Origin: an uncultured candidate division Zixibacteria bacterium
Lineage (GTDB): Bacteria > Zixibacteria > MSB-5A5 > UBA10806
Assembly: GCA_963817915.1 (NCBI GenBank)
Contig: CAWFQL010000011.1
Span: forward strand, 192,001-256,000
Length of the DNA: 64,000 bases
Direction: 5' to 3'
Shown here: in pieces, positions 8,759-19,342 of the stretch
How the letters are laid out: every line of letters begins with the position of its first letter
How positions within the stretch are numbered: the stretch's first letter is position 1
Notes under the pieces: model-generated
Seen by the model: only the letters and a program-made list of their open reading frames with translations
What the model was told of the DNA's origin: nothing
Databases searched by the model: none
Translations under genes and position numbers: made by a program

Positions 8759-10039
8759 TTGAAAAATTATTTATATATGGTACAATCGATCGTTATGGGG
8801 AAAAAAGACGACGAATTGATGCGCCTGAAAAAACTTGCAGAATCCTTTACTTCGATGGACAGCCTTACGCGTTCTATTAATAATTCCTATTCACAAATGG
8901 AGACTAAATTTGCGGATGTCAACGCCAGGTTGGCGCATGTCAATGAGCTTCTTCGCCAATCACTCGATGATAGAAATCGTTTGGCCCATTATCTTAGCAA
9001 TATCCTCGAAAGCCTAAATTCCGGTGTAATAGTTACGGATCATGTTGGCATTATAACTGTTTTCAATTCCGCCGCCGAGAAATTAACCGGTATTTCCGCT
9101 GAATCGGCGTTAGGGAAGAAGTATATGGATATTTTTGGGCCGGAATGCGCTGGAAAGATTCAAGACATCCTCGAAGGCAAAAAAGAAAATATTTCCGGCG
9201 AAAAGATATTCAAGTCTTCGAGCGGTAATTCGGTGCCGGTGGCCTATTCGATAACACGCCTTCGTGACGATACTAATATCCAGCAAACCGGAATTGTCGA
9301 AATATTCTATGATCTTACAGAATTCAAGGCGCTCGAAGATAATCTTAAACGAATTTCGACATTGGCCGCTTTAGGAGAAATGGCGGCTACCGTGGCGCAT
9401 GAGATCCGAAATCCGGTGGCAGGCATTGCGGGATTTACCGCGCTTTTGATGAAAGACCTTGCCGATGACCCCGATAAGCTTCGGCTTGTTGAGAAAATCA
9501 GTAGGGGAGTAGCCTCGCTAAATGCCATAGTCGGGAATCTCTTGGATTATACACGATCCGTAATTTTGAATAAATCAGAAGTCGACCCGGAGCCTATAAT
9601 AGAAGAAACAATTCATGACCTCAAGACCGATGTCAAATTGGAAAATCATAAAATTAAAATTGAAAAGGCATCGAAGCATTTGCATATCAATGCCGATCCC
9701 TTTCTATTCCGCCAAATAGTATTCAATCTTATCAAAAACGCTCTCCAGGCCAGCCCCAATGGCGGCAGGATATGGATTTCAATGGATGGCGGATCGTCAA
9801 AGGGATTCACTCTGAGTGTATCGGATGACGGTCCCGGTATACCCGATAATGTAGGACAAAAATTATTTACGCCATTTTACACGACCAAAACAAATGGCAC
9901 TGGTCTGGGTTTAGCCACAGTAAAAAAGCTGACCGAGCTTCACGGCGGTAAAATTTCCTTCAAGAATCGTCTTGGGGGAGGAGCCGTTTTTACTGTGGAG
10001 ATACCGGGAGTAAAAGAAGGAGAATCGAATGAAAGCTAA
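8759..10039 (+). CDS. Cytoplasmic PAS sensor histidine kinase (FleS/FlgS-like); start may be 8777 or 8795
   Basis: PAS (FNSAAEKLTG), AHEIRNP, NLIKNA, DDGPGI, FTPFYTTK, GTGLGL. Confidence 0.9.
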   Translation: MKNYLYMVQSIVMGKKDDELMRLKKLAESFTSMDSLTRSINNSYSQMETKFADVNARLAHVNELLRQSLDDRNRLAHYLSNILESLNSGVIVTDHVGIITVFNSAAEKLTGISAESALGKKYMDIFGPECAGKIQDILEGKKENISGEKIFKSSSGNSVPVAYSITRLRDDTNIQQTGIVEIFYDLTEFKALEDNLKRISTLAALGEMAATVAHEIRNPVAGIAGFTALLMKDLADDPDKLRLVEKISRGVASLNAIVGNLLDYTRSVILNKSEVDPEPIIEETIHDLKTDVKLENHKIKIEKASKHLHINADPFLFRQIVFNLIKNALQASPNGGRIWISMDGGSSKGFTLSVSDDGPGIPDNVGQKLFTPFYTTKTNGTGLGLATVKKLTELHGGKISFKNRLGGGAVFTVEIPGVKEGESNES

Positions 10040-11381
10040 GATATTGATTGTTGACGATGAACCGATTGTCCGCGAATTTATAACAGAAGTGCTGATCAGA
10101 ATCGGGTATGCTCCGCTGTCAGTCGAAAGCGGCGAGCAGGCGCTTGAATATTTGAATCGAAGCGAATTCGATCTCGTAATTACCGATTTCAAAATGCCGG
10201 GCATCTCCGGCACCGATTTGATGCAAAGGACCCTAGAATTATGGCCGGATTGCAGAATTATTATTATTACAGCGTTTGGCACTATTGAGCATGCTGTCAA
10301 TGCCATCAAATTGGGTGCGCACGATTATATTACAAAACCTATCAGCCCCGACCATATCGAAATGGTAGTCTCGAAAGCCCTTGAGTATAAGACACTGCGC
10401 ATAGAGAATCGGATGTTAAAAAGAGAAATCAGTGATAAGTATTCATTTGAAAATATAATCGGCAAGTCAGATTGTATGATGAAGGTCTTTGAGCTTATCC
10501 GCCGAGCCAGCCCTTCGGATTCGACTATACTCATAAATGGCGAATCCGGAACCGGAAAAGAATTGGTGGCCAAGGCTATTCATTATAATTCTCCCCGAAT
10601 CAATGGGCCGTTCGTGAAAATGAACTGTGCCGCTCTCCCCGAAGGTCTTATTGAATCAGAACTTTTCGGCCATGAAAGAGGCGCGTTTACCGGCGCTATT
10701 CGCTCTACGAGGGGAAGATTCGAACTTGCCGACGGCGGAACCCTGCTTCTCGATGAAATCTCGGAAATTCCTCCCGCGCTGCAGGCGAAACTCTTAAGAG
10801 TACTTCAAGAAAAGGAATTCGAGCGGATCGGCTCCGGTCAGACTATTAAGACCGATGTTCGCGTGATAGCAACATCCAATCGCGATCTGAAATCTGAAAT
10901 CGCCAACGGGAGATTCCGGGACGATCTTTATTACCGTTTGAATGTTATACCAATCGATCTCCCTCCATTAAGACAGAGGCAGGAAGATATTCCCATATTA
11001 TGCGAATTTTTCCTCAATAAATATTGCCAGAAAATTGGAGTCCCGACAAAATCCTTATCCGACAAGGTTAAGGAATTATTTTTGAGCTATTCCTGGCCCG
11101 GCAATATTAGAGAACTGGAAAATGTTATCGAAAGAGCCGCGGTTATTTCCCGCAATCAGGAATTGAAAGTTTCCGATTTTCCCAATGATATAATTTCGGG
11201 TGTTCCAGATATACCGTCAAAAAATCTCGATTCAGGTATTACAATCGATGCTGCCGAGAGAGTTCTGATTCTCAGGACCTTAAAAGCTCATTCCGGCAAC
11301 AAAACCAAAGCCGCCGAAGCGCTGGGAATTAGCGCCCGGACATTGCGGAATAAATTGCAGGAATACGGCCAGAACGATTAG
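10029..11381 (+). CDS. sigma54-dependent response regulator (FleR/FlgR/AtoC-like)
   Basis: Receiver + GESGTGKE, ESELFGHERGAFTGA, WPGNIREL, Fis-type HTH ending RTLRNKL. Confidence 0.93.
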   Translation: MKAKILIVDDEPIVREFITEVLIRIGYAPLSVESGEQALEYLNRSEFDLVITDFKMPGISGTDLMQRTLELWPDCRIIIITAFGTIEHAVNAIKLGAHDYITKPISPDHIEMVVSKALEYKTLRIENRMLKREISDKYSFENIIGKSDCMMKVFELIRRASPSDSTILINGESGTGKELVAKAIHYNSPRINGPFVKMNCAALPEGLIESELFGHERGAFTGAIRSTRGRFELADGGTLLLDEISEIPPALQAKLLRVLQEKEFERIGSGQTIKTDVRVIATSNRDLKSEIANGRFRDDLYYRLNVIPIDLPPLRQRQEDIPILCEFFLNKYCQKIGVPTKSLSDKVKELFLSYSWPGNIRELENVIERAAVISRNQELKVSDFPNDIISGVPDIPSKNLDSGITIDAAERVLILRTLKAHSGNKTKAAEALGISARTLRNKLQEYGQND

Positions 11382-11461
11382 GCTGATTAGCCTTACAGCA
11401 AATATATAGTATTTATACCCAAATCTACCCGATTCAAATTTAAACATTTTATTTATATAGT

Positions 11462-11488
11462 TAAAACAGACCTATAGCCTGCCGATAC
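11462..11488 (+). promoter_or_regulatory. sigma28 promoter of motAB
   Basis: TAAA-N15-GCCGATAC. Confidence 0.75.
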
Positions 11489-11516
11489 AGTAGTAAAAAG
11501 GAGATTTAGTTAGCAA

Positions 11517-12278
11517 ATGGATATTGCAACTGTTGCCGGTCTTTTAATCGGTGTTGGCGCCGTAGTCTTGTCATATATAATGGAAGGCGGAGCTCTGTCA
11601 GCGGTCCTCCAATTGCCTGCCATGATATTGGTGATCGGTGGGACATTTGGAGCGGCAACTATAACGACATCCATCAAAACTCTCACGAATCTGCCTAATC
11701 TAATAAGAATTTCGCTATTTCAAAAAGCGGAAGATCCGCTCGAATTAATTAATAAAATTGTCGCTCTTGCTGAAAAAGCTCGGCGCGAGGGAATTCTCGG
11801 ACTTGAATCAGACCTGCAGAAAACTCATAATCCATTTTTCCGCAAAGCTATTCAACTTGTCATAGATGGTACCGAAGTTACGGTACTTAGAAATATCCTT
11901 GAGACGGAAATGGCCTATATCTCCGAACGGCATAAAACCGGCCAGTCCTACTTTCAAAAGCTCGGCGGTTTTTCTCCCACACTCGGGATTATAGGCACAG
12001 TATTAGGTTTGATAAATACCCTGGGTAATACTGAGGACGCTTCCAAAATGGCGCCTCATATCGCCGGGGCATTTATCGCCACACTATGGGGAGTTTCGTT
12101 GGCAAACCTGCTTTACCTTCCGATCAGCGATAAGCTTAAATATCGCAATGTCGAAGAAATGGAAAGCCTCGAACTAATTATCGAAGGCGTGATTTCTATT
12201 CAATCCGGCGAAAATCCCAGAGTAATAAGAACCAAGCTCCTCTCATTTGTGACTCCTAAAGCCCGAATGGAGTCCTAG
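11517..12278 (+). CDS. motA: Flagellar stator protein MotA
   Basis: ARREGILGLE, PTLGIIGTVLGLI, AFIATLWGV, GENPR. Confidence 0.95.
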   Translation: MDIATVAGLLIGVGAVVLSYIMEGGALSAVLQLPAMILVIGGTFGAATITTSIKTLTNLPNLIRISLFQKAEDPLELINKIVALAEKARREGILGLESDLQKTHNPFFRKAIQLVIDGTEVTVLRNILETEMAYISERHKTGQSYFQKLGGFSPTLGIIGTVLGLINTLGNTEDASKMAPHIAGAFIATLWGVSLANLLYLPISDKLKYRNVEEMESLELIIEGVISIQSGENPRVIRTKLLSFVTPKARMES

Positions 12279-12280
12279 TC

Positions 12281-13081
12281 ATGCCCCGAAAATCCAAAGG
12301 TGAAGGAGAGCACGAGAATCTCGAACGTTGGCTCCTGACTTACGCGGATTTGATCACATTGCTGTTGGCATTTTTTATCGTCATGTACTCGATGTCAAAA
12401 ATCGACGCCAAGAAATTCGGCCAGATGACCGAAGCTTTAAATACGATTCTCCGCGGCAGAGGAACTTCGGTATTAAAAGGGCAGGCCAATTTCACTAATC
12501 TGGACGGCGGCGGCGGGGCTATGAAAATCGGCGATTTAATGGTAATACAGGAAAAAATCAATAAGATGGCTGCCGAAAGAGGTTTGGGCGATAAAATCAA
12601 AGCCTCCATGGAAAAACGCGGCCTTATTATTCATATCTCCGAATCGGCATTTTTTGATCTCGGTTCCGCTGACCTGAAACCCCAGGCGCTTGATGTTTTG
12701 AATATCATCACAGATATGCTACTGGAAATTCCTAATGATGTTCGTGTCGAAGGGCATACAGATAACACTCCAATTAAATACGGCAAGAGATATCCGTCGA
12801 ATTGGGAATTATCAGTAACTCGCGCTACTAACTGTGTCAGATATATGATCGATTCGCGAAAATTTCCTCCAATGAAGATTTCTGCCCTGGGCTATAGCGA
12901 ATACAGGCCCATCGCTACAAATGACACGGAAGTCGGGCGATCCCGAAACCGCCGTGTCGATATCGTGGTGTTATCGTGGGATAGCAAAAAGGATGAACCA
13001 TCGGCCAGCCCAGAAGATATTTCTCAAATTCCGGAAAAAAATTCCAACTCAAAGGATTCGACATCTAAGGCCACCGATTAG
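12281..13081 (+). CDS. motB: Flagellar stator protein MotB
   Basis: WLLTYADLITLL, OmpA-like domain (EGHTD, NWELS..RA, NRRVDI). Confidence 0.95.
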   Translation: MPRKSKGEGEHENLERWLLTYADLITLLLAFFIVMYSMSKIDAKKFGQMTEALNTILRGRGTSVLKGQANFTNLDGGGGAMKIGDLMVIQEKINKMAAERGLGDKIKASMEKRGLIIHISESAFFDLGSADLKPQALDVLNIITDMLLEIPNDVRVEGHTDNTPIKYGKRYPSNWELSVTRATNCVRYMIDSRKFPPMKISALGYSEYRPIATNDTEVGRSRNRRVDIVVLSWDSKKDEPSASPEDISQIPEKNSNSKDSTSKATD

Positions 13082-13141
13082 ATCGCCTCGTAACATGATA
13101 TAAAATAACCACTTACATCATTATATCCGAATTACCCGTAA

Positions 13142-13157
13142 TGGCATGGGCTTTGCT
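13142..13157 (+). promoter_or_regulatory. sigma54 promoter of flgB operon
   Basis: TGGCATGGGCTTTGCT (GG-N10-GC). Confidence 0.8.
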
Positions 13158-13182
13158 GAATGAATGTCGGGAGTTATGGAAT

Positions 13183-13599
13183 ATGATGATTAAAAACAAA
13201 ATTTTCGATCAATCAGGAATCTCGTTTTATCAGCAGATACTAAAGGTATCCTCCGCCGCCGGTAAAACAACAGCCGCCAATATCGCCAATGTTGGCACTC
13301 AAGGCTATGATGCTAAATCGGTTGACTTCAAAGAAGAAATGAAAAACTTCCTTTCAACTCAAAAACATATTGCGCCAATTGCAACCGAGCCGGGCCATAT
13401 TGCGCCTCCCAAACCCAATGAAATCGTTCATATACAGGAAATTGGGGGCGACGAAAATGCATCTGGTATCAACAACGTTGATATCGAAAAAGAAATGACC
13501 AATCTGTCCGAAAGCCAGATTATTTATGAATTAGGCGCCAAGAAGGCTGCCAAGGCTTTTGGGCTATTGCGAATGGCAATAAGGGGTAAGAGCGTATGA
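13183..13599 (+). CDS. flgB: Flagellar basal-body rod protein FlgB
   Basis: AANIANVGTQGY, NNVDIEKEM; start moved downstream of the sigma54 site. Confidence 0.88.
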   Translation: MMIKNKIFDQSGISFYQQILKVSSAAGKTTAANIANVGTQGYDAKSVDFKEEMKNFLSTQKHIAPIATEPGHIAPPKPNEIVHIQEIGGDENASGINNVDIEKEMTNLSESQIIYELGAKKAAKAFGLLRMAIRGKSV

Positions 13600-14090
13600 G
13601 CGGAGTATTTGGGATTCTCGATGTAAGCGCGTCGGGTCTTTCGGCTCAAAGAAGAAAGCTGAATGCCGTCGCCGATAATATCGCCAATGTCGAAACAACC
13701 AATACGCCCGAGGGCGGTCCATATAGAAGAAAACAAGTTATCTTCAGTGAGGATAATCCGGGTGGCACTTTCATAGAGAATCTTAGCAACGCCGCGATGG
13801 AGCTCGATAGGACCGATTACCGGCATTTCGGAAATTCCGAGCCCAATATTTCTGTAAATAATGAAATCCCGGCAGTGGAATCCGAAGAAGTGCGTATCGA
13901 ACCGGAATCATTTAAAATGATTTATGATCCCACTCATCCCGATGCCGATGCAAACGGGTATGTTGCCATGCCCGATATAAATATTATTTCTGAAATGGTA
14001 GAGATGATGACAGCAAGCAGGGCTTATGAGGCCAATGTCTCCGTAACAAGAGCGGCCAAAGCCATGTATAAGGAAGCTTTAAACATTTGA
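13596..14090 (+). CDS. flgC: Flagellar rod protein FlgC
   Basis: SASGLSAQR..NIANVET, YDPTHPDA, EMVEMMTASRAYEAN. Confidence 0.96.
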   Translation: MSGVFGILDVSASGLSAQRRKLNAVADNIANVETTNTPEGGPYRRKQVIFSEDNPGGTFIENLSNAAMELDRTDYRHFGNSEPNISVNNEIPAVESEEVRIEPESFKMIYDPTHPDADANGYVAMPDINIISEMVEMMTASRAYEANVSVTRAAKAMYKEALNI

Positions 14091-14097
14091 GGTAGCC

Positions 14098-14355
14098 ATG
14101 AAAATCGAATTGCTATCAGGCGCGACCTATTTTCCATCGAGGGTGACGCCTAATTCGAAAATTGACAACGAACAGAAAGTACCGGAGCAAAAAGCGGCCG
14201 GCAGCAAAGAGCAGTTCAAAAATTTCCTTTTGGAAAACCTTTCCCCGAAAGAATCCGGCGCGATTCAAAAGCTTTTTGGTGAAATCCAGGCCAGGGAAAA
14301 CAATAAAGCGGTATCGGCAATTCCGCTCGGAAGCCTGATAGATATCACATTGTAA
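14098..14355 (+). CDS. Small hypothetical protein in flagellar operon
   Basis: SD GAGG; tightly packed between flgC and fliE; ends LGSLIDITL. Confidence 0.7.
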   Translation: MKIELLSGATYFPSRVTPNSKIDNEQKVPEQKAAGSKEQFKNFLLENLSPKESGAIQKLFGEIQARENNKAVSAIPLGSLIDITL

Positions 14356-14657
14356 TGACTAAGATATTACCAGGTTATCAGCAATTTAGCCTGCCGGATT
14401 TGCAGGGCAAAAAGATTGAAGTAGGCAATGCCGATTCTCCGTCATTCTTACAGGTCTTCAAAGATATGGTCAATGAGACCAACCAGCTTCAAACCGACGC
14501 CTCCGATATCGCCCAGAAATTCGCGCTGGGACAGGTATCTGACATTCATGATGTCATGATAGCGGCGGAAAAAGCCGGTGTATCATTCGAATTGGTAATG
14601 GAAATTAGAAATAAATTGATCGAAGCTTACCAGGAAATAATGAGAATGCAGGTATAA
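14355..14657 (+). CDS. fliE: Hook-basal body protein FliE
   Basis: IHDVMIA..KA, EIRNKLIEAYQEIMRMQV. Confidence 0.95.
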   Translation: MTKILPGYQQFSLPDLQGKKIEVGNADSPSFLQVFKDMVNETNQLQTDASDIAQKFALGQVSDIHDVMIAAEKAGVSFELVMEIRNKLIEAYQEIMRMQV

Positions 14658-14658
14658 T

Positions 14659-16197
14659 ATGAATCAAATTTCCGCCTACATTAAAGAGCAAATAAAACCA
14701 TGGTGGGACGCCCTGGATAAAACGTCCAGGATGACATATCTGCTGCTCACTGCGGCCGCCCTGATAGCCCTGGTGATAACCTCAGTATTCATGCTGAGGC
14801 CCCAATACGAGACATTATACACTGGCCTGGACCCCGCGGAAGCCGGGCAGGTCGTGGAGAGACTTAAAGAAGGCAAAATACCCTACAGGCTTGAAAATGG
14901 CGGCACTACTATTGACGTTGCCAGAAAAAGTATTTACGATGTCCGTTTGCAGATGGCATCGGAGGGTTTGCCTCGTTCTGGCACTGTCGGCTACGAGATT
15001 TTCGATAAATCCAACTTAGGCATGACCGATTTTCTGCAGAAAGTCAATTACCGGCGTGCTCTGGAAGGCGAAATTTCAAAATCAATTTCCAGTATTCGCG
15101 AAGTAAAATCTGCGAGAGTCCATCTCGTTATTCCGGAACCTCGCCTATTCAAAGAAGATAATAAAGATGCCACGGCATCGGTGATCTTAAACCTTGCGGG
15201 AGCGAGATCGATATCCCAAAGACAGGTCGAGGGTATAGCCTATTTGGTGGCCTCGTCGGTTGAGGGATTAAATCCTGATAACGTCACGATTCTTGATTCC
15301 AATGGTCGATTGCTTTCCGAGAAAAAATACGGCGATCAAATTGGTTCGCTATCGTCATCTCAGCTCGATCTGCGCAAGAATGTCGAGACTTATCTTGAGG
15401 CCAAAGCTCGATCGATGCTTGATCCGGTGATCGGCATGGGGAAATCTGTGGTTACAGTGGCCGCGGACCTGAATTTCGAGCAGGTTGAAAAGAATATTGA
15501 AAGCTATGATCCTGATAATACAGTAGTCAGATCAGAAGAAAAAAATACCGAGAAATCATCTGAATCCAATGCCAAAACCGACGGACTTGGCAAGACAGTA
15601 AGCAATTCCAAGGAAAACACTGTCACCAATTATGAAGTTACAAAGACCCTTCAGCATGTTGTGAGCCAAATAGGCAATATCCAAAGACTATGGGTCGCCG
15701 TAGTGGTTGATGGTGTCTATAAGGTGCCAGCCGGGGGAGATGTCAAAGGCGAAAAACAATATGCTCCCCGTTCACAGGAAGACCTTGATAAAATTACAGG
15801 TATCGTAAAAAGCGCCGTTGGATTTGTATCCGAGCGCAATGATATTATCGAGGTTGCCAATGTGCCATTTGAGAATAACCAGGAGGTCGAAGTTACCGAG
15901 GGGTATTTCTCACAAGATAGAATTGATAATTGGATTGCGATCGCTATTAAGCTGGCGATATTCGCGATCGTAATTATGATACTCATGAAAGCCCGAAAAA
16001 GCTACAGCGCCTTCATGAAACGACAAAAAATCGAATCTCAGCGCAAACAAGCGTTGGAAGAATCGCTTCGCCAACAGCAGGAATTGATGCCTAAATTGAA
16101 AAATGAACCTCAACTTGTCGATCACCTCAGGGCCATCGCCGATGAAAAACCTGAAGAAGTCGCGAAGGTGATAAGAACTATGATGGTAGAGGCATAA
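14659..16197 (+). CDS. fliF: MS-ring protein FliF
   Basis: GYEIFDK, YRRALEGEI, ARVHLVIP, ATASV; two TM helices. Confidence 0.96.
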   Translation: MNQISAYIKEQIKPWWDALDKTSRMTYLLLTAAALIALVITSVFMLRPQYETLYTGLDPAEAGQVVERLKEGKIPYRLENGGTTIDVARKSIYDVRLQMASEGLPRSGTVGYEIFDKSNLGMTDFLQKVNYRRALEGEISKSISSIREVKSARVHLVIPEPRLFKEDNKDATASVILNLAGARSISQRQVEGIAYLVASSVEGLNPDNVTILDSNGRLLSEKKYGDQIGSLSSSQLDLRKNVETYLEAKARSMLDPVIGMGKSVVTVAADLNFEQVEKNIESYDPDNTVVRSEEKNTEKSSESNAKTDGLGKTVSNSKENTVTNYEVTKTLQHVVSQIGNIQRLWVAVVVDGVYKVPAGGDVKGEKQYAPRSQEDLDKITGIVKSAVGFVSERNDIIEVANVPFENNQEVEVTEGYFSQDRIDNWIAIAIKLAIFAIVIMILMKARKSYSAFMKRQKIESQRKQALEESLRQQQELMPKLKNEPQLVDHLRAIADEKPEEVAKVIRTMMVEA

Positions 16198-17217
16198 ATG
16201 CCCCCTCTTAAAATTGATGAGCTGACACAAATTCAAAAGGCCGCCATCTTATTGGTTTCCCTTGGAGCCGATGTCGCGCCAAAAATACTCAAAGAGCTCA
16301 ATGAAACCGAGATCGAGAAAATAACTCTCGAGATCGCTAACCTGAGAGATATCGCTCCGGCAATCGAGAATAAAGTATTGCGTGAAGCCTCTGATATTAT
16401 TATGGCGCAGCAATACATCACTCAAGGTGGTGTGGACTATGCCAGAAGCCTTTTGGAAAAGGCGCTCGGACGGGACAAAACCAACGACATTCTCAGAAAA
16501 CTTGAAGGATCAATCCGTCAGACCGGGTTCGGCCTTCTCAAAAATATTGATCCCAGGCAGTTAATTAATTTTATTCAAAATGAGCATCCTCAGACGATAT
16601 CCTTGATCCTGACTCAAATACCACCATCGACAGCCGCGGCGATTCTGGCCGAATTGCCGCCGGAACTGCAGTCGGATGTATCATTCAGGATAGCTACCAT
16701 GGAAAAGATTTCGCCGGATATTATCAAGGAGCTCGAAGGCGTTCTGCAGGATCAATTTGCCGATGTCGGCGACCGCGATCTATCAGTTTCCGGCGGCACT
16801 AAGATTGTCGCGGAGATACTCAACCTTTTGGAAGCTTCCGCTGAAAAAGGCATTATGGAAGCATTGGAAACCGAAAACGCCGAATTGGCAGCCGAAATTA
16901 AGAACCTGATGTTCGTATTCGAAGATATTATTCTGCTCGATAACAAATCGATTCAGCGAGTACTCAAAGAGGTGGAGACAAAAGACCTGGCTATTGCTCT
17001 CAAGGCTGCTTCGGATGAAGTAAAGCAGAAGATATTTGCCAATGTCTCCGAAAGAGTCGCCGCCATGATCAAGGAAGAAATGGAATATATGGGTCCGATG
17101 CGCCTTAGCGATGTCGAAGCCACTCAGCAGAAGGTCGTTGAGACCATCAGAAGATTGCAGGATGCCGGCCAGATCATCATTTCAGGCCGCGGCGGAAGGG
17201 AAGAGTTAGTTGTTTAA
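16198..17217 (+). CDS. fliG: Motor switch protein FliG
   Basis: KAAILLVSLG, EHPQTI, MFVFED. Confidence 0.97.
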   Translation: MPPLKIDELTQIQKAAILLVSLGADVAPKILKELNETEIEKITLEIANLRDIAPAIENKVLREASDIIMAQQYITQGGVDYARSLLEKALGRDKTNDILRKLEGSIRQTGFGLLKNIDPRQLINFIQNEHPQTISLILTQIPPSTAAAILAELPPELQSDVSFRIATMEKISPDIIKELEGVLQDQFADVGDRDLSVSGGTKIVAEILNLLEASAEKGIMEALETENAELAAEIKNLMFVFEDIILLDNKSIQRVLKEVETKDLAIALKAASDEVKQKIFANVSERVAAMIKEEMEYMGPMRLSDVEATQQKVVETIRRLQDAGQIIISGRGGREELVV

Positions 17218-18010
17218 CAGACTTATAAAATCAAAAACGGAGATTTTGCAGGCAGTAGGCAAAAAAGAGCCCGAAAAAATATCGAGAGTTATTCCCAAAG
17301 AAAAGGTCAGATTTCTTGCGGACTCAGTTGCTACAGGGGCGATTCATTCGGGCAAAGGCGATAAAATAAATGCCTTGCGAAAAAAAACGGCAACGATTCC
17401 AGCTATCGTCTCTGCAGTTACTGGTTCTGGTTCGGATGAATCTACTGCGGCTCTTGAAGTCAGCAAAATCGTCGAGGATAGGCTCAAGGAATTCGAGGCG
17501 CGACACCAATATGAGAAAGAACAGGCCTCCAACGATGCCTACAATCGGGGGAAGCTTGCCGGTATGGCCGATGCAAGAAAAGACATCGAAAATATCGAGG
17601 CGATACTAACCAAAATGAACACCGATTTATCGCTCGAATGGCAAAAATTGATTGCCCAGGCCAACACGGTGTTGGCGAGGCTCGCCGTGGAAATTGCGGA
17701 AACAATCATCGGCGAAGCGGCCATGAAAGCATCCAATGAAATGCTCGAATACAATCTTAAAAGATGCCTCGATGTTTTGGGCGGCTCCGGTAAAGTCATT
17801 GTCAGAGTCAATCCGACCGACTTTCAATTCGCTCGCGATAATCTGAATATCGCGCGTGAAATGTCCAAGGATGGCTTTTCATTTGAATTCGAATCCGATC
17901 AATCTATCACTCCCGGCGGCTGCTTTTTGGAATCGCGAAATGGAGCCATCGATGCCAGAGTGGAAAAGCAATTCCAGGCCGTTAAAGATAATTTCCTTCA
18001 ATTAGCTTGA
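17210..18010 (+). CDS. fliH: Export apparatus protein FliH
   Basis: Between fliG and fliI; AYNRG..AG, VRVNPTD, GGCFLES..GAIDA. Confidence 0.85.
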   Translation: MFNRLIKSKTEILQAVGKKEPEKISRVIPKEKVRFLADSVATGAIHSGKGDKINALRKKTATIPAIVSAVTGSGSDESTAALEVSKIVEDRLKEFEARHQYEKEQASNDAYNRGKLAGMADARKDIENIEAILTKMNTDLSLEWQKLIAQANTVLARLAVEIAETIIGEAAMKASNEMLEYNLKRCLDVLGGSGKVIVRVNPTDFQFARDNLNIAREMSKDGFSFEFESDQSITPGGCFLESRNGAIDARVEKQFQAVKDNFLQLA

Positions 18011-18011
18011 T

Positions 18012-19334
18012 ATGGCATCATTAATAGAAGACGTAGAAAAAATCTCAAGGCATATCAGGAATATCAAGCCGATTCGACAGAGCGGAATTGTCGAATCAGT
18101 TGTCGGTTTGATAATTGAAGCCAATGGCCCGCCCGTGAGTGTGGGAGAGCATCTGGCTATCGAATGTCAGGACCAGAAAGAACGATATGTTACCGCTGAA
18201 GCGGTCGGCTTTAGAAATGGCCGCATATTGCTAATGCCATTGGGTGAAATGGCCGGTATCGCGCCGGGCGCCAAGGTCTGGGCTTATGGTCATCCATTGT
18301 CAGTGCCGGTTGGTAACGAATTACTCGGCAGGGTGCTCGACGCATTCGGGAACCCAATTGATAATCTTGGCCCGATCTATTCACAGGAGAAACGACCATT
18401 GAATTGCGAGCCTCCGCATCCATTGAGCCGCTCCAGAATTACTCAGCCGCTTATTACAGGTATCAAGGCGATCGATTGCTTTAATACCTGCGGCAAAGGC
18501 CAGAGGATGGGAATATTTTCCGGCTCGGGAGTAGGTAAGTCTACTTTGCTCGGTATGATCGCCCGTGATTCAAAGGCTGATATCAATGTTATAGGCTTGA
18601 TCGGTGAACGCGGTCGAGAAGTACGAGAATTTATCGAAAAAGACCTGGGGCCTGAAGGTCTAAAGCGATCAGTTATTGTGGCGGTCACCTCGGATAAGTC
18701 TCCGCTGCTCAGAGTCAAAGCGGCCATGGCGACTACTGCGATCGCCGAATATTTTAGAGATTTGGGCAAGGATGTTATTCTGATGATGGATTCGCTCACC
18801 AGAATTGGCATGGCTCAACGAGAAGTGGGTCTGGCCACCGGCGAGCCGCCAACTACAAAGGGATATACACCATCGGTATTTTCATTATTCCCCCGGCTTC
18901 TGGAACGGGCTGGATGCAGCGATAAGGGGAGTATTACGGGATTTTATACGGTATTGGTGGAGGGCGATGATATTCAAGATCCCATTGCTGATACTACCAG
19001 AGCCATTCTCGATGGCCACATTGTCTTGTCTCGCGATCTCGCCTCGAAAAATCATTATCCGGCGGTCGATATGCTGGGTTCAATTTCCCGTCTGATGATC
19101 GATATCACATCGAAAGAGCATATCGAGATGTCTGGGAGATCGCGCCGAATCCTGTCGGACTATAACCAGGCTGAGGATTTGATAAGCATTGGAGCCTATG
19201 TCAAGGGTTCGTCTCCCAAAATAGACTATGCGCTTGAGCATATTGGCCCGCTGAATAGCTTCCTTATGCAAGATATTAATGAGAAATCCGATTTCAATGC
19301 TTCATTGGAAAAACTTAAATCAATTCTGTCCTGA
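18012..19334 (+). CDS. fliI: Flagellar export ATPase FliI
   Basis: GSGVGKS, GERGREV, MDSLTR, LDGHIVLSR. Confidence 0.97.
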   Translation: MASLIEDVEKISRHIRNIKPIRQSGIVESVVGLIIEANGPPVSVGEHLAIECQDQKERYVTAEAVGFRNGRILLMPLGEMAGIAPGAKVWAYGHPLSVPVGNELLGRVLDAFGNPIDNLGPIYSQEKRPLNCEPPHPLSRSRITQPLITGIKAIDCFNTCGKGQRMGIFSGSGVGKSTLLGMIARDSKADINVIGLIGERGREVREFIEKDLGPEGLKRSVIVAVTSDKSPLLRVKAAMATTAIAEYFRDLGKDVILMMDSLTRIGMAQREVGLATGEPPTTKGYTPSVFSLFPRLLERAGCSDKGSITGFYTVLVEGDDIQDPIADTTRAILDGHIVLSRDLASKNHYPAVDMLGSISRLMIDITSKEHIEMSGRSRRILSDYNQAEDLISIGAYVKGSSPKIDYALEHIGPLNSFLMQDINEKSDFNASLEKLKSILS

Positions 19335-19342
19335 CATTTATT

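Noticed and set aside
13141..13182. Longer starts for flgB (13141), motE-like (27235) and flgE (30901)
   Set aside because: They overlap sigma54 promoters or the RNA leader; downstream ATGs fit better
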